A DNA stretch of 64,000 nt from Leptonemataceae bacterium (lineage in GTDB: Bacteria; Spirochaetota; Leptospiria; Leptospirales; Leptonemataceae), in contig OZ245742.1 of the NCBI GenBank assembly GCA_965227295.1, positions 2,016,001 through 2,080,000 of the forward strand, written 5' to 3'. The notes below the pieces were generated by a model that saw nothing but the letters and a program-made list of their open reading frames with translations, made no database searches and was not told the origin of the DNA. Made by a program: the position numbers and the translations under genes. Positions 39,885 through 49,873 of the stretch are shown in pieces. Positions within the stretch are counted from its first letter, which is position 1, and every line of letters starts with the position of its first letter.

Positions 39885-40925
39885 AATCCACAACTCCCGC
39901 AAAGCCGTAGCCAAAAAATTCCCTTCAAAGTTTGGCGACTTACTCCGCTTTTTTCACGGCAAACGCAACGAACCGCAGCTCCTGGATTACCGGAAACGCT
40001 CGGATAGCTCGCAAACGCCCCGAATCGTGGTGTAAGTGGCGGCCAGTTTGTATTAAGCCTTGTATGGGTACAGCTGGTTCCAGCAGATGAACGGAGGTCA
40101 TGCCGGGGAATGTGGTAAGGCGCACCGGAACGGCGTCTTCGCCGCAAGAAACGCGAGGGGAGATGAGTCGCACAACCAGCGTCCGGGTCGAGGCGGACTA
40201 ACTTAACAAAACGAGAATCCACAACTCCCGCTCAGCCGTAGCCAAAAAAGGAATTTCACGGTTGCGCAACTTACCTCATGTTTCTCGCGGCAACCGTTAC
40301 GAACCGCGGCTCTTGAACTACCGGAAAGTTTTTAGTCGTTCAAGCACGCCCCGAATCGTGGTGTAAGTGGCGGCCAGTTTGTATTAAGCCTTGTATGGGT
40401 ACAGCTGGTTCCAGCAGATGAACGGAGGTCATGCCGGGGATATGTGGGGCGCGCACCGGAACGGCGTCTTCGCCGCAAGAAACGCGAGGGGAGATGAGTC
40501 GCACACCCGGCGTCCGGGTCGAGGCGGACTAACTTAACAAAACGAGAATCCACAACTCCCGCTCAGCCGTAGCCAAAAAAATCTCTGCACGATACGGCAA
40601 CTTACTTCACGTTTCTCACGGCAACGGTAGCGAACCGCAGCTCTTGAATTACCGGAAACGCATCGGTTGTTCGCGGACGCCCCGAATCGTGGTGTAAGTG
40701 GCGGCCAGTTTGCATTAAGACTTTTTTGGGTACGGCTGGTTCCAGCAGATGAACGGAGGTCGTGCCGGGGAACATGGTAAGGCGCACCGGAACGGCGTCT
40801 TCGTCGTAAGAAACGTTATGATAGCTGATCCGCACACCCGGCGTCCGGGTCGACTCCCGCTTCGCTGTAGCCAAAAAATTCCCTTCAACGTTTGGCGACT
40901 TACTTCCTGTTTTTCACGGCAAACG
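39885..40925. repeat. Non-coding tandem array of 331-bp units (three units plus partial flanking units)
   Basis: aatccacaactcccgc starts at 39885, 40216 and 40547; a fourth partial unit begins at ~40854 after a 33-nt deletion; a remnant unit end (gtccgggtcga) lies at ~39850. Confidence 0.95.
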
Positions 40926-42119
40926 CCGCGAGTCCTGCGAGGCCATGGTGCAGAGATTGTAGAGCAGCATGTAATCGAGGCCGTTGTAGCGGTTGTCCGT
41001 AACGACTCCGCCGGGTTCGCCGTGTTGATGTTCGTGTTTCGGATGCGTAAAGCGAAACGGTGAACGCCAGCCGGGGGGTGCCAGGAAGGCGGGCCCGGTC
41101 GCCGCGGCTTCGGTTAACTGTGCCTGACTTTTTATTAAGGACGCTTGCCGATGCGCGGCGGCGTTCCGGTTTTCCGGAAACAACAGGGCGTTCAGTAAAG
41201 GATAAATGTACCAATCGTGCTTCGGGGCGAGTTTCATGAGGGCGTCGGTGGTGCGCGGGCCCCAGCCGTTGCCGAGGGCCGCAAGGACCATGGTCATGTG
41301 CAGATTGTCGGAGCTGTAGAGATAACCGGGATGCCACGGTTCGGCCATGAGATCCCAGAGCCAGTCGTGCCACCAGCGCGTGCCGGGATTGTAATGATCG
41401 TCGGAGATGTTCCGCGCGGCCCGGCGCAGACCGCCGGCGTAGGCGAAGGCGTTCGCGCCCCTGCGCACCGCGCGACCGCAGGCGGGGTTGCGGATGGTCC
41501 AATCGTGGCGACGCATCCATTTTACGATCTCCACCGCCCGGGCGATCATCGCTCCCGATACGTCGTAGCCGTTGCGCTTAAGTTCCGGTGTGTAGTTCTT
41601 AACGATTGTGAACCCCAGGTACAGATGATAGACCTGGTCCTGGCTTTCTTCTTTGTTGAACGGCGCCGCGATGGAGTCCACGAAGTCCGAGAGCACCAGA
41701 TCCGCGTCGATCTCCGCCGCCACGTCCAGGGGCACGTCGTCGCGGATGAAAAAGCCGGGCTCGTTGTGTTGATAGGCGCCGCAGACGCCGACGAAGTACT
41801 TTTCGGCCGTATCGCACAGGCGATCGACGGCCTTCGCCGCCAGCAGGAGTTCTTCGGCGGTGCGTTCGACATTGCCGACTGCGGCGTACTCCGGATACTC
41901 GTCCGGCCGGCTCAGTAGATAGTGCTCCGTGGCGAGGACGGCGAGGTACCAGCCCAGGCGGACGGTGCCGTCGCTCCACTTCGCGATCCGGGAGGGCCGG
42001 CTCGCCCGGAGCGCGGCCGGGATGCTGCGGCCCGGTCCTTCGCCGACAAGCGTGAATTCCGTGCGGAGGCGTTCGCGATGAGCGCAGTAGATCTGTACAT
42101 CTGCGTTGTGCATGCGCAC
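40914..42119 (-). CDS. Hypothetical protein
   Basis: 401-aa ORF with genome-typical codon usage; WSDGTVRLGWYLAVLATE, GFFIRDDVP, EESQDQ, GLDYMLLYN look like conserved blocks; no function recognised. Confidence 0.75.
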   Translation of the reverse strand: MRMHNADVQIYCAHRERLRTEFTLVGEGPGRSIPAALRASRPSRIAKWSDGTVRLGWYLAVLATEHYLLSRPDEYPEYAAVGNVERTAEELLLAAKAVDRLCDTAEKYFVGVCGAYQHNEPGFFIRDDVPLDVAAEIDADLVLSDFVDSIAAPFNKEESQDQVYHLYLGFTIVKNYTPELKRNGYDVSGAMIARAVEIVKWMRRHDWTIRNPACGRAVRRGANAFAYAGGLRRAARNISDDHYNPGTRWWHDWLWDLMAEPWHPGYLYSSDNLHMTMVLAALGNGWGPRTTDALMKLAPKHDWYIYPLLNALLFPENRNAAAHRQASLIKSQAQLTEAAATGPAFLAPPGWRSPFRFTHPKHEHQHGEPGGVVTDNRYNGLDYMLLYNLCTMASQDSRRLP

Positions 42120-42285
42120 TAATTTCTTGTGCGAGTTGGTTACGGGCGACTGTTCTTCGGTATCGGACGGCGCAAACGGACGGTTTTCGCGGCGGGATCG
42201 TAGTTATTTGCAGCGCGGGACCGCCTGAATTCATTATGTGCAGCCCGCGTTTTATGCTGGTGTGTTTTTTAACGGTGTGCGATCG

Positions 42286-43467
42286 ATGGGTATGATGAAG
42301 CGGATGTGGATGATCTCGACGGCGGCGGCGTTGCTGTGTTTTCAACCGGGCTGTAGTTCCACGGTTCCGAAAGGAGAGCTCGCGCGAGGCGACGTGAACG
42401 CCGCGAAATTGCAGCGCGTTTTGCAGGGCGAGGCCGTGTACGTGCGTTACCTGGGAGCCGGCGGCGCGTTGATTCATTTCGGCGATCGTACGTTCATGAC
42501 GGCGCCGTACTTCTCGGGCTACAGCCTTCTGAAAGTGATCGGCTCGTCCGCGATCTTCGGCGCCGTCTCGCCGCTCCGGGTGAACCCGAGGATGTTGGAT
42601 CAAAACGCGGCGGCCCTGGAACAGGCGGCGCTGGACACTTCCGCCGCGAGTGTGGAGGCGATCTTCGTCGGCCACGGTCACTACGATCATCTCCTGGACG
42701 TGCCGCGCTTTGTTCGCTGTCACGCTCCGCAGGCCGTTGTGTACGGCAGTGCTACCGTGGGTGAGTTGATGGCCCAGGAATCTTCGCGCATTCGCTCCAA
42801 CGAGGTGCCGGTCTGCGGGGCCGACGCGGGTGCGGAGCGGATGAAAGATCCGCACTTCTCGGCGGCGTTTGAACCCGTGGAAGACCGACTATCGATGGAG
42901 TTGCCGAATCCGAACGACTCGCGCTTTCGCGTCGTGGCGATTCCGTTGCGTTCGGAACATGCGCCGCACCTGTTCGGCGTCGATGCCTTAGAGGTTTGTA
43001 ACTGTCTTCAGTTTTGTTATCAGCACCGCCCCGCGCGCACGACCTGCGATTGGCGGGTGGGGCGTACGCACGCTTACGTCTTTGAGCTGTACGACGGCAG
43101 CGAATTGAAGTTTCGCCTGTATCATAACGACGCCGGGGCCTCTCCGGAGAAAACGAACCATGCCGGGCTGAAAGATTACGCGGGGAACATTGCCGTGGAG
43201 AAGATTGACATTGCCATCCTGACGCTCGCGTCGTACTCCGAGGTGGATCCCTATCCGGATGCGTTTCTGAAACTCGCACGGCCGGATCACTTGATTCTGA
43301 GTCACTGGGAAGATTTTTTCCAGGAGTACGACGTTTCCAGGCCGGCCGAAGATTATCGGGACGGCGTGCCGGCGAGCAGGGTGCAACCGTTTGTCGAGCG
43401 GATGCGCGGGGTTAAGGGGATGTCGACGTATTTGCCGGATATCGGGGCGGAGTTTGTACTGAACTAG
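42286..43467 (+). CDS. MBL-fold metallo-hydrolase, probable lipoprotein
   Basis: GHGHYDHLLD (HxHxDH), EHAPH, SHWEDFF; signal peptide with Cys. Confidence 0.85.
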   Translation: MGMMKRMWMISTAAALLCFQPGCSSTVPKGELARGDVNAAKLQRVLQGEAVYVRYLGAGGALIHFGDRTFMTAPYFSGYSLLKVIGSSAIFGAVSPLRVNPRMLDQNAAALEQAALDTSAASVEAIFVGHGHYDHLLDVPRFVRCHAPQAVVYGSATVGELMAQESSRIRSNEVPVCGADAGAERMKDPHFSAAFEPVEDRLSMELPNPNDSRFRVVAIPLRSEHAPHLFGVDALEVCNCLQFCYQHRPARTTCDWRVGRTHAYVFELYDGSELKFRLYHNDAGASPEKTNHAGLKDYAGNIAVEKIDIAILTLASYSEVDPYPDAFLKLARPDHLILSHWEDFFQEYDVSRPAEDYRDGVPASRVQPFVERMRGVKGMSTYLPDIGAEFVLN

Positions 43468-44537
43468 CGAAAATCCCGCAGCCGCACCGGTAATCGTTTC
43501 GCCCCCCAGTCGCCCCGCTTTGCTTCAAACACTCCCGCGCAGGCTTCGCCGCAGTGGGCGCAGCGTCCTTCCGGCGTCACGGTGTACTCCGATAACACGT
43601 ACCAGTCCCGGCCGATCAGCAAGCCGTCGCAGGCGTGGCAGTAAGTACTCTGCGTTGGTTTGTCGTGGACGTTGCCGGTGTAACAGTACCGCACGCCGGC
43701 TTCGCGGGCGATGTCCCGGGCGCGCAGTAACGTCGTTATCGGTGTGCGCGGCAGATCGGTGAGTTTGAAGTCCGGGTGAAAGGCCGTGAAATGCAGCGGT
43801 ACGTCGGGGCCGAGTTCGTCCACGATCCAGCGTGAGAGTTCCTTAAGTTCTACCGGGGAATCATTACGACCGGGGATGAGCAGCACGGTGATCTCGAACC
43901 ACACGGACGTCTCGTGTTTGAGGTAGCGCAGGGTATCGAGCACGGGCTCCAGATCGCCGGCACAGAGGTCCTGGTAAAAACCCTGCGTGAACGCCTTGAG
44001 ATCGATGTTCGCCGCGTCCATGTGCGCGAAAAAATCCCGGCGGGCCCCGGCGTTGACGTATCCGGCGCTGACTGCGACCGTGCGAATGTTACGTTCCCGG
44101 CACGCCCGGGCGACGTCGGCGGCGTACTCGAGAAAGATGACCGGGTCGTTGTAGGTAAAGGCGACGCTTCGGCAACGCAGTTCACGGGCCGCTGCCGCGA
44201 TCAACTCCGGGGCGGCTTCGTCGGCCAGGGTATCCATTTCCCGGGACTTCGAGATGTCCCAGTTCTGGCAGAAGCGACACGAAAGATTGCAGCCGGCCGT
44301 GCCGAACGAGAGCACCGGCGTGCCGGGCAGAAAATGATTCAGCGGTTTTTTCTCGATGGGATCGACGCAGAAACCGCTGGAGCGCCCGTAGGTCGTAAGC
44401 ACGATCGCATCGCCTTCGTTCATGCGCACGAAACATAAACCGCGCTGGCCGTCTTTCAGTTTGCACTCGCGCGGGCAGACGTCGCATTGCACACGGCCGT
44501 CCGGGAGTCGCGTCCAGTATTTCGTGGGAACGTTCAT
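43464..44537 (-). CDS. amrS: AmmeMemoRadiSam system radical SAM enzyme
   Basis: CDVCPREC..G.RG.C.VR, DPIEKKPL.HF.PG, CNLSCRFCQNW (CxxxCxxC), FHPDFK, YTGNV. Confidence 0.95.
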   Translation of the reverse strand: MNVPTKYWTRLPDGRVQCDVCPRECKLKDGQRGLCFVRMNEGDAIVLTTYGRSSGFCVDPIEKKPLNHFLPGTPVLSFGTAGCNLSCRFCQNWDISKSREMDTLADEAAPELIAAAARELRCRSVAFTYNDPVIFLEYAADVARACRERNIRTVAVSAGYVNAGARRDFFAHMDAANIDLKAFTQGFYQDLCAGDLEPVLDTLRYLKHETSVWFEITVLLIPGRNDSPVELKELSRWIVDELGPDVPLHFTAFHPDFKLTDLPRTPITTLLRARDIAREAGVRYCYTGNVHDKPTQSTYCHACDGLLIGRDWYVLSEYTVTPEGRCAHCGEACAGVFEAKRGDWGAKRLPVRLRDFR

Positions 44538-44581
44538 TGCGTCGGGTGTTCGTCGCGGTAGGACTCCGTGTGACTGCGAAC

Positions 44582-47500
44582 TCAGTCGACTTCGATGCCG
44601 ACGACGGTGATGTCGTCCTGGATCGGCGCCCCGTCCATGAACCGGCGGACGTCCTTTAAGACACGGTCGACGATGTCGCCGGCCCCCTCGTCCTTCCAGG
44701 CCCCGATGCGTTCGTGCAGGCGCTCCTCGCCGTACTCCACCAGGTCGTGGTCGAACTGTTCGAAGATGCCGTCGGAGAAGAGGAGGATCCGGTCGAGTTC
44801 GGCGAAGGGGAAGGAGCGCGTTTTGTAACGCATGCCTTCCATGATGCCCACCATGCTGCCGGTGTGCGGCATTAACTTAAGTTCCCCCTCACTTAACAAG
44901 ATTTGCGTGGGATGGCCGGCGGAGCAGTAGCTCAGGGTGTTCGTGTTGCGATCGACGTCCACGATGATGGCGGTGAAGTACGAGTTCAGCGAAAGATACT
45001 TCTGGTAAAAATCGTTGTTCAGGGTCGCCATGAGTTCCGCCGGGTCGCGGACGGCGTCTTTGAAGTTTTCGTAGGCGCCCTTGATGGCCATGGTCATGAG
45101 CGCGGCCTGAATGCCGTGGCCCGTGGCGTCGGCGACGAAGATGCGAATGAGGCCGGGACGAACCTCGGCGACGTCGAAGAAGTCGCCGCCCACCTCGGCC
45201 ATGGGCAGGTACTTCGTATGCAGGCGCAACCCGGCGATCTTATCGAAGCGCGGCAGGATGTTCGACTGAATCTTTTGCGCCGTGGCGAGATCCGACTTAA
45301 TGCCGGCCAGCGTTGCGTTCAGTTCCGCCGTACGATCTTCGACCTGCTGCTCCAGGTTTTCGTAGAGGATGGCGTTGTCGAGGGAGACCGCGGCCTGGGC
45401 CGCCAGCAGCCGCAGCACCTGGACCCGGGCCGGGGTAAAGGCGCCGGTGGCGAGATTGTTTTCGACGTAGAGCACGCCGAGCAATCTTCCGGTTTGCACG
45501 ATGGGCGTGCACAGAATCGACTTCGTGCGCCGCTCTTTGATGTACGGGTCCTTGTTAAAGCGCGCGTCGTAACTCGCATCGTCCAGCACGACGTCTTCTT
45601 TGGTGCGCACGACGTAGTAGATGATGTTCTCGGGAACGTTTTCGATGGGCCGCGATTCCATGATGCGAATCTCGCCGGACTCCACGGAGGCCTCCGCCTG
45701 GATCATGAGATCGCCGGTGCCCTTGACGTCCAGGATGAGATAACCGCGTTCCGCGCCGGCGTTTTCGATGACAATCGATATCAGTTTTTCCAGCAGCCGA
45801 TCCAGTACGATTTCCCCGGAGATGGCCAGGGACGCCTTCATGACCGTGCCGAGGTCGAGGCTGCCCTGTTGTTCGGAACCCGTACTCGTCGCGGCGGTAC
45901 TGGTGATGCCGTGCGCCGTTTGCGTGGAAGCGTCGCCGCGTACGCGGCCGGCCAGTGAGGGGAACTCGCGTTCCAGGCGGCGCAGCATGGCCTCGGCCCC
46001 CCACTTGCGATAGTAGTAGTAGGCTTCTTCGGCGTAGAGTCGGGCGATTTTGAATTCGCCGTGATGTTCGTAAAACTGCGCCGTGAGACAATGCGCCAGG
46101 GCCTCGTCGTTCAAGTAATCGTGGGCCCGGGACAATCGCCGCGCGTCTTTGTAGTTTGCGACGGCGTCCAGGTACTTTCCCCGCGCGCGATGGTACTCCG
46201 CCTGTACGAGATGCCACTTGTGTAAGTTGTTTCCCGGCGCGGCCCCGGCCCAGCGCTTCAGCTTGCGTTGATTGCGTCGTACCCGGCGCAACGTACGCCC
46301 GCGCAGCCAGGTGCGATGTTCGTTGCCTCGCGCGTGCAATCGTCCCAACAACAGCAACGAGTCATAGTAGTAGTACGGAGCGATCATCGGCGTGGAGAGC
46401 GCGCCGTCCATGTAGCGCCGGGCGTTTTCCGAGTATTCGAAAGCCTGCTCGAAGTGACCGCCGTGATACGCCAGCACCATCTTGTTGAAGTAGAGCGTGT
46501 AGAGCGTCGTGCGGTCGTTGGCTTCCAGGTGCGCGCGGAGCGATTCTTCCTCGCTGTAGGCGTCGCCTTCGAGCAGGGCCGCGGGTTCGGCGTCGTCGCG
46601 CAACATGTTGCGCACGGACTGCTGGATGATGGAGAGCCAGTAGAGCGGAAACCGTTGTTTAAACTGTAAGATGCGCTGGCGGTACTTGCTCATCTCCTCG
46701 TCGACGCCGTGCAGTTCGCGTCCGGTGAGCCACAGGAAGTAACAGTACATCGCCGCGTTGTAGGAGGCGTACTCCAGGTCGCCGGTTTCCACGCCGACCT
46801 GGTAACCGGCGATGGACGGGTCCAGGCTTTCGCGATAGGGTTCCTTCCAGTGACGAATGAGGCTGTTTACCGCGAGAATCGTGCGGGTCTGGGTTTGCGA
46901 GGACATGCCCCGGGCGCTGAAGTCTTCGAGCAACTGCATGGCCAATCGACCGAAACGATAACCGCGGTCGATCTCCTGGGTGACGCCGCAGAGGATGAAG
47001 CCGTAGAGGGCGTAACCGAACGTCGAGAGCGGGGTGTTCCCGTACTTCAGCGACAACTGCACCGTCTTGAACGCGAGCAGGATGACGAGTTCCGGCATGG
47101 TGGTGTAGGCCGGTACCGAGAGCGACGCCAGGATGCGCATGGCCCCCAGTATGTTCGGATCGCTCATGGCCGGCAGGTCCGCCAGGTTTTCGACGGAACG
47201 ACCGCGGAGCGCTAACTTTGTACGCAAGAGACCTAAGAGAACGTGGGGCATCTTCGGCTTCGCGGGAAAGCGGATGCCCAGGTCGCGCAGGACACGCAGG
47301 GCGGTCTTTACGGCGGCGGCGGGTTCGTTCTTCGCGACGAGGGCGAGGATGCGGATTTCATGAGCTTTCACGCGATGCAGAAGCTTGCGGGCGTTATCCA
47401 GGACTTCCTGGGAGAGACGTTCCATCTCGGCGAAGTCCGCGCTGAGGTAGGCCGCCTCCGCCGCCTCGCTGTATAGATTCAACGTGAGGACGTAGGCGTC

Positions 47501-49873
47501 CTGCCAGCGATTCTCGCCGAGTAGTTCGACGCCCGCCCGCAGATACGTAAACGCCGGAGCGTAGGCCGCCGACGCCTTGGCGCGTTTGCCGGCCGCTAAG
47601 TTTAACTCGCTTAATCTTTCCAGTTCCACCGGATCGTCGATGAGGGAGCGGCCCAGGTTCAGGTGACTGACGATATCGAAGATGCGTTCGTTGCGGGAGC
47701 CCACGTCGTCGGCCCGGTCGAGCAGCAGCCGGCCGATCTGCAAATGCAACGCCGGGGCTTCTTCTTCGGCGATGAGCGAGTAGGCGGCCTGCTGGACGCG
47801 GTCGTGCAGAAAACGATACAGCACCGGCCGGTCCGCCAGCTCCTGGACGAACTTAAACGAATCGTCCACCGGCATGACCAGGCCTTCCTGCAGGGCCTCC
47901 CACAGATCGCGAGCCGTGTCCGCGCGGGACTTTTCGTAGACCACGGAGAGCGTGCTCAGGTCGAAGACGTTGCCGACGCACGCCGCCATTTTTAAGATGT
48001 TCTGCGTTTCCGGGGCGAGTTTCTTGATCTTGCCGGTCATCAACTCGATGACGTTGTCGGTCATGCCCCGGCGTTGGATGGCTTCTAAGTCCCAGTGCCA
48101 GCTCATGGACTCGGTGTTGAATTCGATGAGCCGCTCTTCGTGGAGCATGTTCAGAAACTGATTGAGAAAGAACGGATTGCCGCCGGTGCGCTCCAGGCAC
48201 AGGTCCGCCAGGGGCGCCGCGGTTTCGACGTCGGTCTTGAGCGTATCGGCGACGAGTTGCAGCACGCAATCGCGGTCCAGGGCCTTGATCTTGATGGTGC
48301 TGATGGTCACGCCGACTTCTTTGACCCGGGCGATACTGATTTGCAACGGATGGGTCGGTTCCACCTCGTTGGAACGATAGGCGCCGATGAGCAACATGTA
48401 CTTCATGGACGGGTCGCTTAACAGTTGCTCAACTAACTTTAGTGACGGCGGGTCGGCCCACTGGAGGTCGTCCAGGAACAGCGCCAGGGGATGTTCCCGG
48501 TCCGCGAAGATTTCGACGAAGCTCTGGAATACGAAGTGGAAGCGGTTCTGGGACTCCACCGGCGGCAGTTCCGGCACCGACTGCTGCGGCCCGATGATGA
48601 GCTCCACCTCGGGAATGACGTCGATGATCAACTGCCCGTTGTTGCGCAGCCGATCCAGCAACTTGTCGCGCCACATCGCCACGCGCTGTTCGCTCTCGGT
48701 CAGGATCTGGCGAATGAGTTCCTGGAAGGCCTGAATGAGTGAGGCGTAGGGTTTGTTGCGATTGAGCTGATCGAACTTACCGGAGATGAAGTAGCCCCGG
48801 CTTTCGACCAGGGGTTTCTGCACCTCGTGCACCAGGGCGGATTTGCCGGCGCCGGAGTAGCCGGTGACGAGGACCAGTTCCGTGGCGCCTTGATTCACGC
48901 GGCCGTAGGCGGCGAGCAGGCTCTGCACTTCGTCGGCGCGCCCGTACAACTTTTGCGGGATCTGGAAGCGATCCGAGGCGTCGCGCCGACCGATGACGAA
49001 GTCTTCGATGGTGGCGCCGTCCCCGGACGCGCGGAGCCGGGCCAGACATTCTTCAAGGTCGGCCTTGAGTCCGTGGGCGCTCTGGTAACGATCCTCGGCG
49101 GTTTTCGCCAGCAGCTTCATGATCATGCGCGAGAGCGGGGCGGGAATCTCGCGATTGATCTTTATCGGTTCGACGGGAAGCTTCGCGATGTGACAGTGCA
49201 CGAGTTCCATGGGATCTTCGGCATCGAAGGGCAGTCGCCCCGTGAGCATGCGATAGAACGTCGCGCCCAGGGAGTACAGATCCGTGCGATAGTCCATGGC
49301 ACGGTTCATGCGCCCGGTTTGTTCCGGGGACATGTACGCGAGCGTACCTTCCAGGACTTCCGGATTGCGCACCTCGGGATTCTCGCGACTCAGGGGCGTG
49401 GAGATGCCGAAGTCGATGATCTTCACCTGGTCCGTCTCCGGATTCCAGACGATGTTCGCGGGGTTGATGTCTTTGTGAATGATGTTCTGGCGATGGATGC
49501 TGCCGAGGATGTCGGTGACGCGAATGGCCAGGGACAAGAATTCCTTGAGCGTAAGTTTACGTGCCAGGAGATTACGGATCAGCGACTCACCGCCGAAGTC
49601 CTCCAGTACGATGACGGGTTGGTTGCCGGCGCGCAGAAGATTGAAGGCCTGGATGGCGTGGGGATGGTCGAGCTGCCGGGTGATTTCGAATTCTCGTTTG
49701 AAGCGCGCCACCTGCTCCGGGGTGGGGTATTCGTGGCCGAGGATCTTGAGCACGACGGTGTCGCCCTCGTCGGATCGTCGCGCCCGATAAATGGCGGAGT
49801 TCTGACTCTCGTAGAGTTTCTCGAGAATCTGGAATCCCGCGACGGAGACCGTATCGCTGGAGGCTGCCTTCAT
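44582..49873 (-). CDS. Ser/Thr kinase + AAA(STAND) ATPase + helical repeats + GAF + SpoIIE/PP2C phosphatase
   Basis: HKDINPANI/DFG kinase; GYSGAGKS and FLDDLQWAD ATPase; FLHDRVQQAAY; GAF (SILCTPI..YVEN); GGDFF, DATGHG, SDG, DDIT phosphatase. Confidence 0.93.
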   Translation of the reverse strand: MKAASSDTVSVAGFQILEKLYESQNSAIYRARRSDEGDTVVLKILGHEYPTPEQVARFKREFEITRQLDHPHAIQAFNLLRAGNQPVIVLEDFGGESLIRNLLARKLTLKEFLSLAIRVTDILGSIHRQNIIHKDINPANIVWNPETDQVKIIDFGISTPLSRENPEVRNPEVLEGTLAYMSPEQTGRMNRAMDYRTDLYSLGATFYRMLTGRLPFDAEDPMELVHCHIAKLPVEPIKINREIPAPLSRMIMKLLAKTAEDRYQSAHGLKADLEECLARLRASGDGATIEDFVIGRRDASDRFQIPQKLYGRADEVQSLLAAYGRVNQGATELVLVTGYSGAGKSALVHEVQKPLVESRGYFISGKFDQLNRNKPYASLIQAFQELIRQILTESEQRVAMWRDKLLDRLRNNGQLIIDVIPEVELIIGPQQSVPELPPVESQNRFHFVFQSFVEIFADREHPLALFLDDLQWADPPSLKLVEQLLSDPSMKYMLLIGAYRSNEVEPTHPLQISIARVKEVGVTISTIKIKALDRDCVLQLVADTLKTDVETAAPLADLCLERTGGNPFFLNQFLNMLHEERLIEFNTESMSWHWDLEAIQRRGMTDNVIELMTGKIKKLAPETQNILKMAACVGNVFDLSTLSVVYEKSRADTARDLWEALQEGLVMPVDDSFKFVQELADRPVLYRFLHDRVQQAAYSLIAEEEAPALHLQIGRLLLDRADDVGSRNERIFDIVSHLNLGRSLIDDPVELERLSELNLAAGKRAKASAAYAPAFTYLRAGVELLGENRWQDAYVLTLNLYSEAAEAAYLSADFAEMERLSQEVLDNARKLLHRVKAHEIRILALVAKNEPAAAVKTALRVLRDLGIRFPAKPKMPHVLLGLLRTKLALRGRSVENLADLPAMSDPNILGAMRILASLSVPAYTTMPELVILLAFKTVQLSLKYGNTPLSTFGYALYGFILCGVTQEIDRGYRFGRLAMQLLEDFSARGMSSQTQTRTILAVNSLIRHWKEPYRESLDPSIAGYQVGVETGDLEYASYNAAMYCYFLWLTGRELHGVDEEMSKYRQRILQFKQRFPLYWLSIIQQSVRNMLRDDAEPAALLEGDAYSEEESLRAHLEANDRTTLYTLYFNKMVLAYHGGHFEQAFEYSENARRYMDGALSTPMIAPYYYYDSLLLLGRLHARGNEHRTWLRGRTLRRVRRNQRKLKRWAGAAPGNNLHKWHLVQAEYHRARGKYLDAVANYKDARRLSRAHDYLNDEALAHCLTAQFYEHHGEFKIARLYAEEAYYYYRKWGAEAMLRRLEREFPSLAGRVRGDASTQTAHGITSTAATSTGSEQQGSLDLGTVMKASLAISGEIVLDRLLEKLISIVIENAGAERGYLILDVKGTGDLMIQAEASVESGEIRIMESRPIENVPENIIYYVVRTKEDVVLDDASYDARFNKDPYIKERRTKSILCTPIVQTGRLLGVLYVENNLATGAFTPARVQVLRLLAAQAAVSLDNAILYENLEQQVEDRTAELNATLAGIKSDLATAQKIQSNILPRFDKIAGLRLHTKYLPMAEVGGDFFDVAEVRPGLIRIFVADATGHGIQAALMTMAIKGAYENFKDAVRDPAELMATLNNDFYQKYLSLNSYFTAIIVDVDRNTNTLSYCSAGHPTQILLSEGELKLMPHTGSMVGIMEGMRYKTRSFPFAELDRILLFSDGIFEQFDHDLVEYGEERLHERIGAWKDEGAGDIVDRVLKDVRRFMDGAPIQDDITVVGIEVD

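Noticed and set aside
39761..40222. 154-aa N-terminal extension of the GST ORF and small ORFs in the array
   Set aside because: They read through non-coding repeat DNA; the 331-bp period breaks frame between units.
39885..40925. CRISPR array or DGR template/variable repeat interpretation of the 331-bp repeats
   Set aside because: The unit is far longer than repeat plus spacer and there are no cas genes. Differences are not confined to adenines on either strand, and no DGR-type RT is present.
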